The position numbers and the translations under genes are program-made. 64,000 nt of DNA, from the IMG/VR virus record IMGVR_UViG_3300021479_000010, positions 1-64,000 of that record; one strand, written 5' to 3'. Shown one piece after another: positions 1 to 10,396 of this stretch; within the stretch, counting starts at the first letter, position 1; every line of letters begins with the position of its first letter. The DNA is from a virus. Under the pieces are notes generated by a model. That model saw only the letters and a list, made by a program, of their open reading frames with translations, was not told where the DNA came from and made no database searches.

Positions 1-125
1 GCGATGGCATAAATCATTCGGCTATGCGGCGCGATTAGCACCGACCAGTTAAACTGCGACACCCTTTCGTAATCCTCGTCGTCAACGAGCGCCTCGTATC
101 CTTGCGTTAATGGTATTAATTTCAT
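1..125 (-). CDS. HNH/AP2 homing endonuclease, N-terminal part (runs off the window)
   Basis: Manual translation MKLIPLTQGYEALVDDEDYERVSQFNW matches the N-termini of the HNH-AP2 ORFs at 55084 and 63671; extended -10 TGGTATAAT lies 7 nt upstream. Confidence 0.8.
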   Translation of the reverse strand, partial: MKLIPLTQGYEALVDDEDYERVSQFNWSVLIAPHSRMIYAI

Positions 126-180
126 GAAATATATTATACCACAAAAATACTCATTCTTACACTAAAAAGGAACAATTTTT

Positions 181-453
181 ATGGGATATCAATTCTATCC
201 ATTTAAATGCACCCAAGTCACTGTTACCGGCACAGCCACACAACTAGTGGCCGCAAATGCCTCGCGTTCCGGATTTCAAGTAATTAATACTGGAACTAAC
301 GATTGCTACTTAGGAGAATCGAACGTAACCACATCTACCGGGCATCTTTTGGCCGGGACTAAAGGCACGAGCATTGGATTTGCGACCACACAGGCAGTCT
401 ATGCTATAACTGGCGGGGCTTCCCAAGTTGTTACAGTATTGGAGACTTTTTAG
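181..453 (+). CDS. small virion-associated hypothetical protein
   Basis: T/G/A-rich 90 aa ORF with AAGGA RBS, directly upstream of the tail fibre gene. Confidence 0.55.
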   Translation: MGYQFYPFKCTQVTVTGTATQLVAANASRSGFQVINTGTNDCYLGESNVTTSTGHLLAGTKGTSIGFATTQAVYAITGGASQVVTVLETF

Positions 454-1902
454 ATGAATAAACAATATACTGTTCCAACTGGAAGCACTCCCGGTTCTGG
501 TGGAGGGGGCGGCGGTTCGGGTACGGTTACGTCTGTAGGTCTTTCAGTAAATAGCGGGGCATCCTCGGGCATCTTCACAGTTACGGGGTCTCCAGTTACT
601 ACGGCAGGAACTCTTAACGCTAATTTGGCGGGGACTTCCGGAGGCGTCACATATTTCTCTAGTGGCGCGGTTTTGTCCAGTTCTGGAGCGCTAACTAACA
701 ATGCCGTCGTTCTTGGCGGAGGTGCGGGAGCTGCGCCTAAAACTGTTGCCGGAATTACAACAGATGGAGTATCTCAATTAACACTCGGAGTAGCAACATC
801 TAGTACTGGAGCGCTGAATCTAACTGGTGCAACTTCCGGTACTGCCACAATTACCGCACAAGCTGCCGCCAATACGCCTACTCTGACACTGCCCAATGCT
901 AGTGGTACGTTTGCAGTTACCGCTTCATCTCCTATAGTTCTAAATACAACCACTGGAAATCTAACAGCTCCGACGGCTGTTACTTCCGCAGCATCTTTAA
1001 CTAGTAACGCCGTAGTTCTCGGTGGTGGTGGGCAGGCAACTTCTACTCAGACTTTCATTACTACCAATGGTTCTACTACCTTAACAGTCGGTGTAATTGG
1101 CGGAGGAAACGGTGTTCTAGCTCTTGCGGGGAATACAAGCGGAACCGCAACGCTTACCGCTCCTGCCGTCGCGGGCACCGTCACGAATGCTGTAGTTAGC
1201 AGCAATGCGCTATCGATCCCCCCGGGCACGGTGGGTGTGGGCACGTCTATCGTAAACAGCTCCAGCGCAACAACAGGTATTAACTTGGGCGCGAATGTCG
1301 TGGACCTTGTGGCGGGCAACGCGGTTCAATGGCATGTATCCTCGTCCTTCAATACAACTACACCACCGATTGCGGATGCAGCCACCGGAAATAATCAAAT
1401 TACATGGGGTGCCGGTATTATAAGCACTACTGGCTCCGCAAATCCTTTATTCTACCCTACAAGTAATGTAACTAGAGTTACATCAGATATTACTCTATCT
1501 ACTTCCGCCACTAATATTGCCAGTTTTACTTTACCCGCATTAGCAAAAGCATGGGCATTTCGCGCAGATATTATGTGGGTAGTTTCTGCTGGGACCACAC
1601 CAACACTTTCCATTGGAGTTAATCTATCGCAAACCCCGACTGGAACAACAAATGGTGCGGGTAATATATTAACCTCAAATGCAGATGTCGGTGTAGATGG
1701 TTCTTCCCCAATAAGCGCTTCGGGGGCAACAAATTTAGTAACTACCGGAACCTTAACTCCAGCGGGAACGGTTTTTCAAGCATCTTGTTTTGGTACTATC
1801 TTAGCTTCTGCAACTGCTGGTACTTTCGCTATTACTATGACCGGCACCGGAAGTGGATTTGCTGGTGTGGCAAAAGCCGGAACTGCCTGCTATTTATTTT
1901 AA
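454..1902 (+). CDS. tail fibre-like structural protein (G/S/T/A-rich)
   Basis: GGGSGTVTSVGLS opening and repeated NAVVLGGG and G(A/N)TSGTAT modules typical of phage fibres. Confidence 0.65.
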   Translation: MNKQYTVPTGSTPGSGGGGGGSGTVTSVGLSVNSGASSGIFTVTGSPVTTAGTLNANLAGTSGGVTYFSSGAVLSSSGALTNNAVVLGGGAGAAPKTVAGITTDGVSQLTLGVATSSTGALNLTGATSGTATITAQAAANTPTLTLPNASGTFAVTASSPIVLNTTTGNLTAPTAVTSAASLTSNAVVLGGGGQATSTQTFITTNGSTTLTVGVIGGGNGVLALAGNTSGTATLTAPAVAGTVTNAVVSSNALSIPPGTVGVGTSIVNSSSATTGINLGANVVDLVAGNAVQWHVSSSFNTTTPPIADAATGNNQITWGAGIISTTGSANPLFYPTSNVTRVTSDITLSTSATNIASFTLPALAKAWAFRADIMWVVSAGTTPTLSIGVNLSQTPTGTTNGAGNILTSNADVGVDGSSPISASGATNLVTTGTLTPAGTVFQASCFGTILASATAGTFAITMTGTGSGFAGVAKAGTACYLF

Positions 1903-1908
1903 TATGAT

Positions 1909-3690
1909 ATGCCTAATCCGAAAGTTAAATCACAACAGCAGATTGTTGTCGGTCCCGATGCAGATGCCTTTCATTTTCTCGACACAAAAGGCAATGTAAT
2001 TGGATGGATTGACGGAACCGGAACGTTACAAGGAAATCTAACTACTAATGCTGGAGGAAATACAACTTCTCTGCAAGGAAATCCTATAGCTCCAACTATT
2101 CCGCAAATAAATCAAACTCTCATTTGGGACGGTTCCAAGTGGAGTCCGTCTTCTATTGCAAGCGGCGGGGTCGCCCCGCTTAATTCTCCAGTATTTATTG
2201 GAACACCAACCGCCCCGACGCCTCTATCTACTGATAATTCTACAACTATAGCCAATACAAGTTTTGTTCAAACAGTTATAGCAAATAAAGTTATAGGATC
2301 ATCCGTTCCACGAGGAGTATTTGATGTTCGTAGCTTCGGAGCGGTTGGAGACGGAAAAACTAATGATTTAGCAGCTCTACAAGCAGCAGTGGACGCTATA
2401 GACGCGGCAGGCGGGGGAACGCTATGGCTCGGCCCCGGTAATTATAACATAGGGACTGGAACCTGGAAGATAGGAACATCAGCGGCCCAGCATCATATTA
2501 ACATTGAGGGCATGAACGCAAATTCCACAGTTATTACTTGCGATACTTCTGGTGGGAATGCCGCAATATATTTGAATTTGGAGAAATACGTTGTACTCAA
2601 AGAGTTCTCCGTCATTAATCAGGGTGCCAAAGGCGGCTATGGAATACAGTTCGGTGGAGATAGTGGCGCGGGAACGCAAACGAATGGGAATAACGTATCC
2701 CACTTATATTTTCAGGGCTTCACATATGGTGCATATATGTCCGGCGGGATTGGAACATCAAGCGAAATAATTTTTGATCACTGTAGATTTGAATTGAATA
2801 CATACGGCTTCTTCAGTGCGAATTTCAATGCGCTTAATTTCCTTTTCTTAATGGTAGAGATATACGGCAACACAACGGCGGGGCTGTTTATTGCAAACGG
2901 AAACATGACAGTAATCGGTGGTGCATCGTCGAATAACGGTGTGGATTTCAATATCGCTGGAGGTAATGACGGTCAGGTAAAAATCGTTAGTTTTAGAGCC
3001 GAAACCCCCGTTGGAGATTGGTTGATTGCCTCTTCAGATAGTTATATTTCAATCGAAGATTGCATTTTACATCCAACGGTTGCTGGATCGGAAGTCATAA
3101 ATGCCACAGGTGAACTTCATATTAAGAATAGTGCTCTCGGAGGTTTCATTCGCTGGAATGGGTCTACTTTGTCGGCGATCACACTTGATCATGTTTCAGT
3201 AAATACGCCAGGTACCGATTGGACCCTATCTAATCAAATTAGTTCTTCAAGTCCACCATTTGGTCCTGGATTTAGAATGACCAATAACCCTGGATTTCAA
3301 GCTAGCGCTAGGGCCTATATTCGAGATGTTTACGAAGCTAGCACCGCGACTATGTACCCGGATATTGATGGTGTGCTTATTGCACGGCCCTCGGATAGTT
3401 TACGTGCCGTAGTCGGAATAAACAAAGGTCAAGGAGCGACTTTAACACTATCCTCCAATACTCTTGCGCCATATGCTTATTCGCATCATGTGAATGATGC
3501 AAGTTTGATGAAAAATTTAAGCCCAATCTCTGGATTCGGAGACTGGGCCACAAGTTTGATATTAATTCCAGATCAGGCTTTCACAACAGATACCACTGGA
3601 AATATCGGCAAAGCTAGTACGGCTGTCGTCGGACAACCTATGATCTTTACCAAAGATTTGGCAAACGGTAAGTGGTATCCGTCTTACTAG
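1909..3690 (+). CDS. tailspike / pectate-lyase-superfamily beta-helix depolymerase
   Basis: FDVRSFGAVGDGKTNDLAALQAAVDA motif, fibre motif SPVFIGTPTAPTP-DNSTTIANTSFV, then a G/N-rich beta-helix-like body. Confidence 0.8.
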   Translation: MPNPKVKSQQQIVVGPDADAFHFLDTKGNVIGWIDGTGTLQGNLTTNAGGNTTSLQGNPIAPTIPQINQTLIWDGSKWSPSSIASGGVAPLNSPVFIGTPTAPTPLSTDNSTTIANTSFVQTVIANKVIGSSVPRGVFDVRSFGAVGDGKTNDLAALQAAVDAIDAAGGGTLWLGPGNYNIGTGTWKIGTSAAQHHINIEGMNANSTVITCDTSGGNAAIYLNLEKYVVLKEFSVINQGAKGGYGIQFGGDSGAGTQTNGNNVSHLYFQGFTYGAYMSGGIGTSSEIIFDHCRFELNTYGFFSANFNALNFLFLMVEIYGNTTAGLFIANGNMTVIGGASSNNGVDFNIAGGNDGQVKIVSFRAETPVGDWLIASSDSYISIEDCILHPTVAGSEVINATGELHIKNSALGGFIRWNGSTLSAITLDHVSVNTPGTDWTLSNQISSSSPPFGPGFRMTNNPGFQASARAYIRDVYEASTATMYPDIDGVLIARPSDSLRAVVGINKGQGATLTLSSNTLAPYAYSHHVNDASLMKNLSPISGFGDWATSLILIPDQAFTTDTTGNIGKASTAVVGQPMIFTKDLANGKWYPSY

Positions 3691-3917
3691 GATTTCCTTC
3701 GCTTGCGAGGCGGAATTATCTCCACAGCCGTACTTTCTACATAATCCGTCTCGCCGGTCGAAGAATTCCAGTTCTGGAAAGTAGAATTCGTCTCCTTCTG
3801 GATTTCTGCGATTACCTGATCCTTTTCCGCGATCTTGTCCTTGGCGGCCATCGTGGCCAATTCTGCTTCATAAAACGCCCGATTCAATCGCGTCAACTGC
3901 TGTTCATTTAATTTCAT
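3687..3917 (-). CDS. hypothetical coiled-coil protein
   Basis: 76 aa ORF with GAGG RBS, converging on the tailspike stop. Confidence 0.5.
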   Translation of the reverse strand: MKLNEQQLTRLNRAFYEAELATMAAKDKIAEKDQVIAEIQKETNSTFQNWNSSTGETDYVESTAVEIIPPRKRRKS

Positions 3918-3925
3918 AGGTCCTC

Positions 3926-4162
3926 ATGATTAAAATAGGTTTCAAGACTATATCGATTGTATTAATTGCATCCATGCTGTCCGGATGTGCGACAATTCAC
4001 AGACATCCAAAACTTGCGGGGCTGGTTGCGGGGTCCGCTATCGGCGTCGGAGTCGGCCTTGCAACTAGTGGGCACGGACACTGCCCCAATGTTTATGACG
4101 GTCATCTATATAGCGGCACTCCGCCTTGTCCCAGCGATGCGGATAAAGGCAGTCATCGGTAA
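3926..4162 (+). CDS. small predicted lipoprotein
   Basis: Signal peptide with lipobox LSGC followed by a glycine-zipper-like hydrophobic segment. Confidence 0.55.
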   Translation: MIKIGFKTISIVLIASMLSGCATIHRHPKLAGLVAGSAIGVGVGLATSGHGHCPNVYDGHLYSGTPPCPSDADKGSHR

Positions 4163-4485
4163 TCTCCATTACCTTGCAATACTCCGCGTTCTTTTCTATC
4201 GGCCAACTTAGCTAGATTCTCAATTGCGAGGTCCGATAGCCTAGTGTCCAGTTCTGTACAAAGTTGAGATAAATACCAAAGCGCGTCTCCGAGTTCCTTG
4301 GAGAGCGCTTTTCTCTTTTCCGGAGTATCTCCGTCACGAAGCAACTTTTTCACGCAGTTTCCGGCTTCGCCCGTTTCTCCGCACAAACCTAACGTGCAAT
4401 ATTGGATCGCAGTTAGTGTTTCCTCGCCAGCTTCCGGATAGATAGCAGTAAAAGCTGTCTGTTTCTGGTATTCATCAAATGTCAT
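4153..4485 (-). CDS. mazG: MazG-like NTP pyrophosphohydrolase
   Basis: MTFDEYQ..LGLCGETGE..KELGDALWYLS..NLAKLADR..LQGNGD pattern. Confidence 0.85.
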   Translation of the reverse strand: MTFDEYQKQTAFTAIYPEAGEETLTAIQYCTLGLCGETGEAGNCVKKLLRDGDTPEKRKALSKELGDALWYLSQLCTELDTRLSDLAIENLAKLADRKERGVLQGNGDYR

Positions 4486-4865
4486 GCAGTGTAAACGCCT
4501 CGCAATTCTTTTTGAGTACTAAATATCTTACGTACAAGGTCTACCACAATTGCGGGGTCCTCTAGCTTCGGCAACCATCCGTCCAGCATCTTTTGTACTT
4601 TGTCCGGAAGTGGACCGTTTAGATACTTCCGCCGAATATATTTCCTCGTCAAAATTTTCTCAAGTCTTCGTTTAGAAGGACGAGCAGGACGCCGTTGCTT
4701 ACAATAGCACGCCTCGCATAATCCTTTAGCCTTGTGCTTTCTATCAGGATGGCATAGGGCTATTTTTCTTATGCGGGGTGTAGATTTGAGAACATTTTTG
4801 TAGCAAATGCGGCAAAGACCTTTAGCATAACAGAAACGGTCTGGATGACAAGTTGCGGCTTTCAT
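4482..4865 (-). CDS. protein with two CHPDR-x3-AKGLC-x2-CY zinc-type repeats (putative DNA binding)
   Basis: Repeats visible in the translation; the same module occurs in 24578..25270. Confidence 0.55.
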   Translation of the reverse strand: MKAATCHPDRFCYAKGLCRICYKNVLKSTPRIRKIALCHPDRKHKAKGLCEACYCKQRRPARPSKRRLEKILTRKYIRRKYLNGPLPDKVQKMLDGWLPKLEDPAIVVDLVRKIFSTQKELRGVYTA

Positions 4866-5242
4866 TTCTTCCCCGCAATTTTAGCATTAAGCGCATTTAA
4901 AAGTTCAATACAGCCTTTACCACCTTTAGGACGGTCATCAATAAGATTGCCCGTAGTCTCTGCGTCTAGGATAATTGCAAGGCAGGCTATGGCGTGTCCG
5001 AGGTGATGAACCCCGCTGTCCAGTGCTTCTTCCTCACCTTCCCGCCAAGACAACAAATGACGCTCGCAAGCGTCAAGATATATCGAGGCACGAACATCAT
5101 TATCTCTCCAGTTATACGGGCCGTAAATTCCAGCCCCGTACATCATTGCATGACTTCCGTGTAATGTTGCTGCGCTTGGGAATACAAATGTTGAGACTTT
5201 TTTAATCCCCACAAGGTCCTTGGGGTTGGTCTTATCGGACAC
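4862..5242 (-). CDS. dATP/dGTP diphosphohydrolase-domain protein (DUF5664-like)
   Basis: TNPKDLVGIKK..GAGIYGPYNWR..YLDACERHL..GEE..DSGVHHLGHAIAC..LIDDRP signature. Confidence 0.8.
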   Translation of the reverse strand: MSDKTNPKDLVGIKKVSTFVFPSAATLHGSHAMMYGAGIYGPYNWRDNDVRASIYLDACERHLLSWREGEEEALDSGVHHLGHAIACLAIILDAETTGNLIDDRPKGGKGCIELLNALNAKIAGKK

Positions 5243-5251
5243 GTTCCTCTC

Positions 5252-5734
5252 CTAATTTATCATCGCTCGCAGTCGATGAGTTGTACCAAAATGATGCGCG
5301 GTAAAATCAATTGCTTCTGAGACAGTGCTGCAATAATGCGATACAGCTTCTTTTACAAATGGGTGGCTCCGCATGAGTTTGTTGTCCGAATGGGCGATAG
5401 CAACTATAGGCTTCTTCATTTCCCACGCCCATGCAAGTTCACAAATCGTGCCCAGCAATGGACGGGGCGAACCGAAGTTTTCCAGGTGCATCAGGATTAT
5501 ATCTGATGATACAACATCGTGGTAATCCCGCAGGATAATATCTTTAGATGTCAGATTAGGATCAGTAATACCGCCGTCCGGAGATTGCAGTACGAGGTTC
5601 TCTTTGCCCCGCATTGGAGAAAGAACATCAAATTCATGTGCTTCCAGCATCGGGGTGACTTCTACCCTCCAGATAAGACTTTCTGGATAATCGGTCGAAA
5701 TTAACCCCGCCAAATATACAATTTTACGTTTCAT
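5252..5734 (-). CDS. nucleoside 2-deoxyribosyltransferase-like protein
   Basis: [34 protein letters not shown] pattern. Confidence 0.75.
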   Translation of the reverse strand: MKRKIVYLAGLISTDYPESLIWRVEVTPMLEAHEFDVLSPMRGKENLVLQSPDGGITDPNLTSKDIILRDYHDVVSSDIILMHLENFGSPRPLLGTICELAWAWEMKKPIVAIAHSDNKLMRSHPFVKEAVSHYCSTVSEAIDFTAHHFGTTHRLRAMIN

Positions 5735-6705
5735 GCTTTGGCCCGTATCTCTGCTTCTAATTTGTCTGCTACTTCTGGATTTGTTTCAAGGAATTCTATC
5801 GCATTTGCACGGCCTTGTCCAATTCTTTCGCCACTACAAGAAAACCAACTACCGCTCTTTTCAATCAACCCACCCTGCACAGACAGATCGAGAAGATCGG
5901 CGTGGCGGGAAATACCCTTGCCATATAGAATATCAAACTCTGCTTCTTGATAAGGCCGAGCGCACTTGTTTTTCACAATCTTTACCTTGGTACGCGACCC
6001 GACAATATTCTCGCCATCTTTGATTTGTCCAATACGCCGAATGTCACAGCGGATCGAACTATAAAATTTTAGAGCTTTCCCACCAGTCGTGGTTTCCGGC
6101 GAGCCCCACATAACTCCGATCTTGTCGCGAATTTGGTTGATAAAAATTACGCAAGTATCGGATTTATGAACAATGCCCGTAAGCTTACGCATTGCCTGCG
6201 ACATCATCCGCGCTTGTAAACCCATCTGGCTATCTCCGTAGTCCCCTTCCAGTTCATTTTTGGGAATCAAGGCCGCTACACTATCAATAACCAGAACATC
6301 AATCTCGCCTGTCTTGATGAGAGCATCGGCAATTTCTAACGCCTGTTCCCCGTAATCTGGCTGGCTGACGAGAAGATTATCCACATCAACTCCGAGATTG
6401 CGGGCATATTTTAGATCAAGGGCGTGTTCTGCATCAATATAAGCGGAATGACCATCTTTACTAATCTTCTGCGCAGAAGCGATAACCTGCAACGCCGCCG
6501 TAGTCTTTCCAGAAGATTCGGGGCCGTACATCTCGCACACACGTCCTCGTGGAAATCCACCAATGACCAAGGCTCTGTCAAATGACAGACATCCCGTAGA
6601 GAATACTTTGACAGGCACGATATCATTCTTTCCGAGAGTCACGAGCGAGCCCTTGCCAAATTGTTTCTCAATATTGGCTGTAGCTAAATCTAACTGTTTA
6701 CCCAT
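5731..6705 (-). CDS. recA: RecA recombinase
   Basis: [73 protein letters not shown]. Confidence 0.97.
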   Translation of the reverse strand: MGKQLDLATANIEKQFGKGSLVTLGKNDIVPVKVFSTGCLSFDRALVIGGFPRGRVCEMYGPESSGKTTAALQVIASAQKISKDGHSAYIDAEHALDLKYARNLGVDVDNLLVSQPDYGEQALEIADALIKTGEIDVLVIDSVAALIPKNELEGDYGDSQMGLQARMMSQAMRKLTGIVHKSDTCVIFINQIRDKIGVMWGSPETTTGGKALKFYSSIRCDIRRIGQIKDGENIVGSRTKVKIVKNKCARPYQEAEFDILYGKGISRHADLLDLSVQGGLIEKSGSWFSCSGERIGQGRANAIEFLETNPEVADKLEAEIRAKA

Positions 6706-7453
6706 TGGTCGTCCTCGCACCATCTTCGCACTTTACGGAACGACCCCATCCACCACAATCCAAGCACTGGAAGCGACGATAACGTCGTGATTGTGTAATT
6801 GTAAATCCTCGATACTGGATATTCTTGGAATTACACTTCGGACATAATGCGCGGTTAACTACAGTGAAATTAGGATGGTTGTTGATCCAAGGACGCAATC
6901 TGAGATAAAGTTTCTCCAGCAACAAGATATCTTTCTTATTGTATTTCACCATCAATTTCCAAGATGCGGGGTCGCCGTCAATACACCCCTGCCAAAGATC
7001 GAAATCCGTCTTAATCTTCTTCTCATTTTCCAATAGCGATGAAAGATCATCCAATTTATTACTATTGAATCTCGCGACTTTTTTAGTTGCCTTTTTCGTG
7101 TCTACAGTTTTGAATGGCTTTGGCGGCTTCAATCCGTGAAATATGAATCTTGCTTGGAATACTTTGATGTCGAATTGATCGCCATTGTGAGCTACAATGA
7201 TATCAGCTTCGTTCACTAGTAACCATAAATCCTTGACGAGTTTTTCGTCATTGTACGATCCTGGTTTATATCCTTTAAAATCGGGAAGTGCTTTTGCTAA
7301 TACTTGAGGTTCATCTAGCCATTTTGCTGCGTAAGTTGCTAAACAAGTTTCCTGTTTAAATCGAATTACATTCTGATCATACTTGCCCCAAACATAGGCT
7401 AAATTTGGGTATGTCTCTAGGTCCAGAAGTAAAATCCTCGGTCTGGGTTTCAT
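6698..7453 (-). CDS. RNase H-like 3'-5' exonuclease with C-terminal Zn ribbon
   Basis: LLLDLET (ExoI), AHNGDQFD (ExoII), YNKKD (ExoIII); CPKC..CLDC. Confidence 0.8.
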   Translation of the reverse strand: MKPRPRILLLDLETYPNLAYVWGKYDQNVIRFKQETCLATYAAKWLDEPQVLAKALPDFKGYKPGSYNDEKLVKDLWLLVNEADIIVAHNGDQFDIKVFQARFIFHGLKPPKPFKTVDTKKATKKVARFNSNKLDDLSSLLENEKKIKTDFDLWQGCIDGDPASWKLMVKYNKKDILLLEKLYLRLRPWINNHPNFTVVNRALCPKCNSKNIQYRGFTITQSRRYRRFQCLDCGGWGRSVKCEDGARTTNG

Positions 7454-7461
7454 GTGATCCT

Positions 7462-8172
7462 TTATAGACCCAATTTAATAGCTGCCAGAATACCGCCAAC
7501 AAAACTCCCAATAATCCATTTAATCTTGCTTTTACGGGCATTGACCTTCACAAGTTCTATTTTAGCATCGCAAGCCTTCTTTTGGTCCGTGATTTCCACA
7601 GTCAGTCCATTAATTTGCGCGGCTTGCGCAGTATTAATCGTTTGACAAGAATTGACTTCTGAGGTAAGGTTGTCCTCGATTTTATGCCCCGCCAAAACTT
7701 CTTGATGTAAACTATCCACCATCTCCAGATCGTTTACAGTTTGATGCGAGGCTTGTTCAGATACGGACAAACTAGACCCCGCAGGTTGGATATCGGTTGG
7801 CTGCGCCGAGTTGATCAATGTCCGCCAGCGAATTGCGAGGTCCGCCAATGATAGGTTCTGATCGACTTGTTGTTGTTGCTGGACCTTCTGATTCATTGCC
7901 GCGATTTGCGTAACAATCAACGCATTTTGCGTAGATACTTGCGCGGCGAGTTTGTCATACGCCAGTTTACTCGTAGCCACATCCTGTGCAAGTTGCTGAT
8001 TCTTCTGGATTTGTGCGTCTAGCGTAGCCTTCGTCAAGGCGACATTTGCAACTGCTTCGTCGTGGCGGTGGTTCTCCCACATGTTGCCGAAATACAATAA
8101 CGCAGCAAGCCCCGCAAGAATAAGAATTAATCGCTCGTGAGCTTTTATAAAGATTATCCAAGTGTTAAGCAT
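7462..8172 (-). CDS. membrane-anchored coiled-coil protein (spanin-like)
   Basis: N-terminal TM, long Q-rich coiled coil, C-terminal TM; downstream of endolysin and holin. Confidence 0.45.
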   Translation of the reverse strand: MLNTWIIFIKAHERLILILAGLAALLYFGNMWENHRHDEAVANVALTKATLDAQIQKNQQLAQDVATSKLAYDKLAAQVSTQNALIVTQIAAMNQKVQQQQQVDQNLSLADLAIRWRTLINSAQPTDIQPAGSSLSVSEQASHQTVNDLEMVDSLHQEVLAGHKIEDNLTSEVNSCQTINTAQAAQINGLTVEITDQKKACDAKIELVKVNARKSKIKWIIGSFVGGILAAIKLGL

Positions 8173-8585
8173 TTCTGGTATCTCCGTATGTACTGTGCAG
8201 CTCGGTCCATCCTATCAGCATTATCTCTGAATTTTTGAATCGCAGTATTATCTTGCCAGCAGAGTAATCCTCTGACGGACAAAGTCAGCAACTTGCGCCG
8301 CAATTTTTGAATTGCAATTGATCTGGTAGCGTGCAAATAGTCTACAACTCGGCCATCTATATCAGCCTTAGCCAACCAAGAACCGGTTGCCTGCTTCTTG
8401 GTCGTAATCTTTGATCGGGCTACGCGGTGATCGTGGTCTACAGATAAAGCGTTCTTGAACTCCGAATGATGCTTCTTGCAAATCGCACAGCAACCCTGTT
8501 GGTTCCTTAACATCTCTCGGTAGTCATTAAGACTAATATTATATTTGCGGAGATAGTACTTATTTCTTTGTTCGTCTTTTATCAT
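8154..8585 (-). CDS. endonuclease VII-family protein
   Basis: YNISLNDYREML..Q.GCCAIC..LSVDHDH..VRGLLC..DN..I..FRDN. Confidence 0.8.
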   Translation of the reverse strand: MIKDEQRNKYYLRKYNISLNDYREMLRNQQGCCAICKKHHSEFKNALSVDHDHRVARSKITTKKQATGSWLAKADIDGRVVDYLHATRSIAIQKLRRKLLTLSVRGLLCWQDNTAIQKFRDNADRMDRAAQYIRRYQKCLTLG

Positions 8586-8844
8586 ATTTCTTGTCTAGTC
8601 CTACCATAGTTTCGAGGCCGCGTATTTCATTCATCCGTCTGCCGACTTCAATTCCGCACCGAATCGCATCGGCCATGACTGAATAAGGATCGTGGTCACC
8701 AGAAAGCATTCCATCAACCAAAAGATGAAAAGAGTCTGAATGCATAAGCGAATCCTCAATTTCTGTTAACTTATCGGCATCTAGATCAAAAACCTCCTCG
8801 AATAAAGCAAGGAGTTTGTGGTCGATATTGCAATTACAAGTCAA
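8560..8844 (-). CDS. hypothetical protein
   Basis: 94 aa ORF overlapping its neighbours in the operon. Confidence 0.5.
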   Translation of the reverse strand: MTCNCNIDHKLLALFEEVFDLDADKLTEIEDSLMHSDSFHLLVDGMLSGDHDPYSVMADAIRCGIEVGRRMNEIRGLETMVGLDKKYDKRRTKK

Positions 8845-9101
8845 TCCAATCTCTCCGGGTCTAGACTTTGCACCGCCGCGATAACCGCTTGACTAGTGAC
8901 TTGGCTGACTTCCCCGATGATGAATTTCAACTGAGTCTCATCCAGCGCGGCGATGATCTGTCGTTCTGTAAATAATTTAATCATATCGCGGAGCGCCTGA
9001 TTATTGTTGTTGATCAGAGACATCCGACCCCGCAAATAATGAATATATGCCCCGACAACAGTTATCAGGATTCCTAGCAAGATTGCGAGACCGTAGAACA
9101 T
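8841..9101 (-). CDS. hypothetical membrane protein
   Basis: N-terminal TM helix, AAGG RBS. Confidence 0.5.
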   Translation of the reverse strand: MFYGLAILLGILITVVGAYIHYLRGRMSLINNNNQALRDMIKLFTERQIIAALDETQLKFIIGEVSQVTSQAVIAAVQSLDPERLD

Positions 9102-9282
9102 TATTTGCCTTTCTTACTAGGTTTGTCCTTCTTTTTGCGCGGCTTCCAGATTTTATCCCAGTCAGTCTGCGAAATCTTCGGGGCTGCTGGGAGGGTAAAC
9201 GTCGGTAACGTATACTTCATTGCCTTCCTCTAATTGTTCCTGTCGTTCGGCCAATCGCCTGAACACGCTTTGTAAATCTGCA

Positions 9283-9510
9283 TCAGTGTTGAACTGGGGA
9301 GGTTCCATTGCCATTTTCTAATCCTTTCATGGCGCGAGTATGAAAATCGTCTGCGATTGCCCGAGTTACGAGGAGTATCTGGACTGCTCCGGCCAAAGAT
9401 ACATATGTAGGAGTGAGTTTTCCTGTAAATGCGAGGCCGATCCCCGCACACATAAAAACAAACGCAAAGAACGTACTCTTGCCTTGAAATTGATTGTATA
9501 GAAAGGTCAC
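9283..9510 (-). CDS. putative holin
   Basis: Two hydrophobic segments; probable GTG start overlaps the endolysin stop (GTGA). Confidence 0.5.
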   Translation of the reverse strand: MTFLYNQFQGKSTFFAFVFMCAGIGLAFTGKLTPTYVSLAGAVQILLVTRAIADDFHTRAMKGLENGNGTSPVQH

Positions 9511-9923
9511 TGATAAACTCCTGTCCGTATCTGGACTGATAATCTCTGGGCTCTTGCTCCGACTTGCGAGGCCCACGCTGAATTTAGCATTTCGGTTGCC
9601 GCCGCATCGTAATTGCCTTGTTGGAGATAATTGATCATGTTGTGAAACCCCAATACATGATTAATTCCCATATTGAAAGTCATGTTCTTGATAGCATCTT
9701 GGCGAACAGAATCGAGCCCCGCAAACCAAGAAAGATTTTGAAGCTGCCCCGCAACTTTGTTAATATCATTCTGTAGAAGGTATGAAGATTCGTCAGAAGT
9801 AATACCACCACCCTTGCGGATATCAATCATCCGCCCCACCCCGATAGTGTAATAACCAAGGCTATCCTGATAGGCGTGTAGAACTTCGCCTTCATCGCGG
9901 CGCAGCTGGTCAACGAGATTCAT
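9507..9923 (-). CDS. endolysin, T4-lysozyme-like (GH24)
   Basis: LRRDEG..YQDSLGYYTIGVGR (E-D-T catalytic triad), MTFNMG, EMLNSAWASQVGARAQRL; AAGGAG RBS. Confidence 0.9.
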   Translation of the reverse strand: MNLVDQLRRDEGEVLHAYQDSLGYYTIGVGRMIDIRKGGGITSDESSYLLQNDINKVAGQLQNLSWFAGLDSVRQDAIKNMTFNMGINHVLGFHNMINYLQQGNYDAAATEMLNSAWASQVGARAQRLSVQIRTGVYQ

Positions 9924-9991
9924 TTGCGATCTCCTTAAACCCCGTAGCATCGGAATCTGGTTCTTGATCAAACAGCAATTTCATTTGCGGA

Positions 9992-10396
9992 TTAGCTTCT
10001 TCCATCGCCCTGAACTGCTGCTGCGTTTACTTTGAATTCTTCGGACTTTTCCTGTAATAACTGGCGGGGCGATTTCGGAGGGACATGCGAATACACGAGA
10101 TAGTCCTTAACACAAACGGGGCCACAAAAAAATAGATTATAGTCACCGTTCAATGGATCGGGCTGGACTTTGATCAACCGGAAAAATGATTCTGGGAGAT
10201 TCGAAATATCACGTTGCGCCAGTTCCTCGTCCCAAGTCATGAAGGTCGCCTTCCCTTCATGCCGGGAAGCACAGCGAGGACTATCACAAACGAAGCTCAA
10301 AATTGTCTGGCCCCGCAATTTATCCTTGGCCGTAAAGACCGTTTCTGTTCCATCAATATTGGTTACGATGACGTTTCTATCCGCAGTTACGCCCAT
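9992..10396 (-). CDS. hypothetical Cys-containing protein
   Basis: 134 aa ORF, AAGGTG RBS, CDSPRC and CGPVC pairs. Confidence 0.5.
   Translation of the reverse strand: MGVTADRNVIVTNIDGTETVFTAKDKLRGQTILSFVCDSPRCASRHEGKATFMTWDEELAQRDISNLPESFFRLIKVQPDPLNGDYNLFFCGPVCVKDYLVYSHVPPKSPRQLLQEKSEEFKVNAAAVQGDGRS

Noticed and set aside
4153-5734. Z-genome (2-aminoadenine) call
   Set aside because: PurZ is not in the window, and the hydrolases alone are insufficient.
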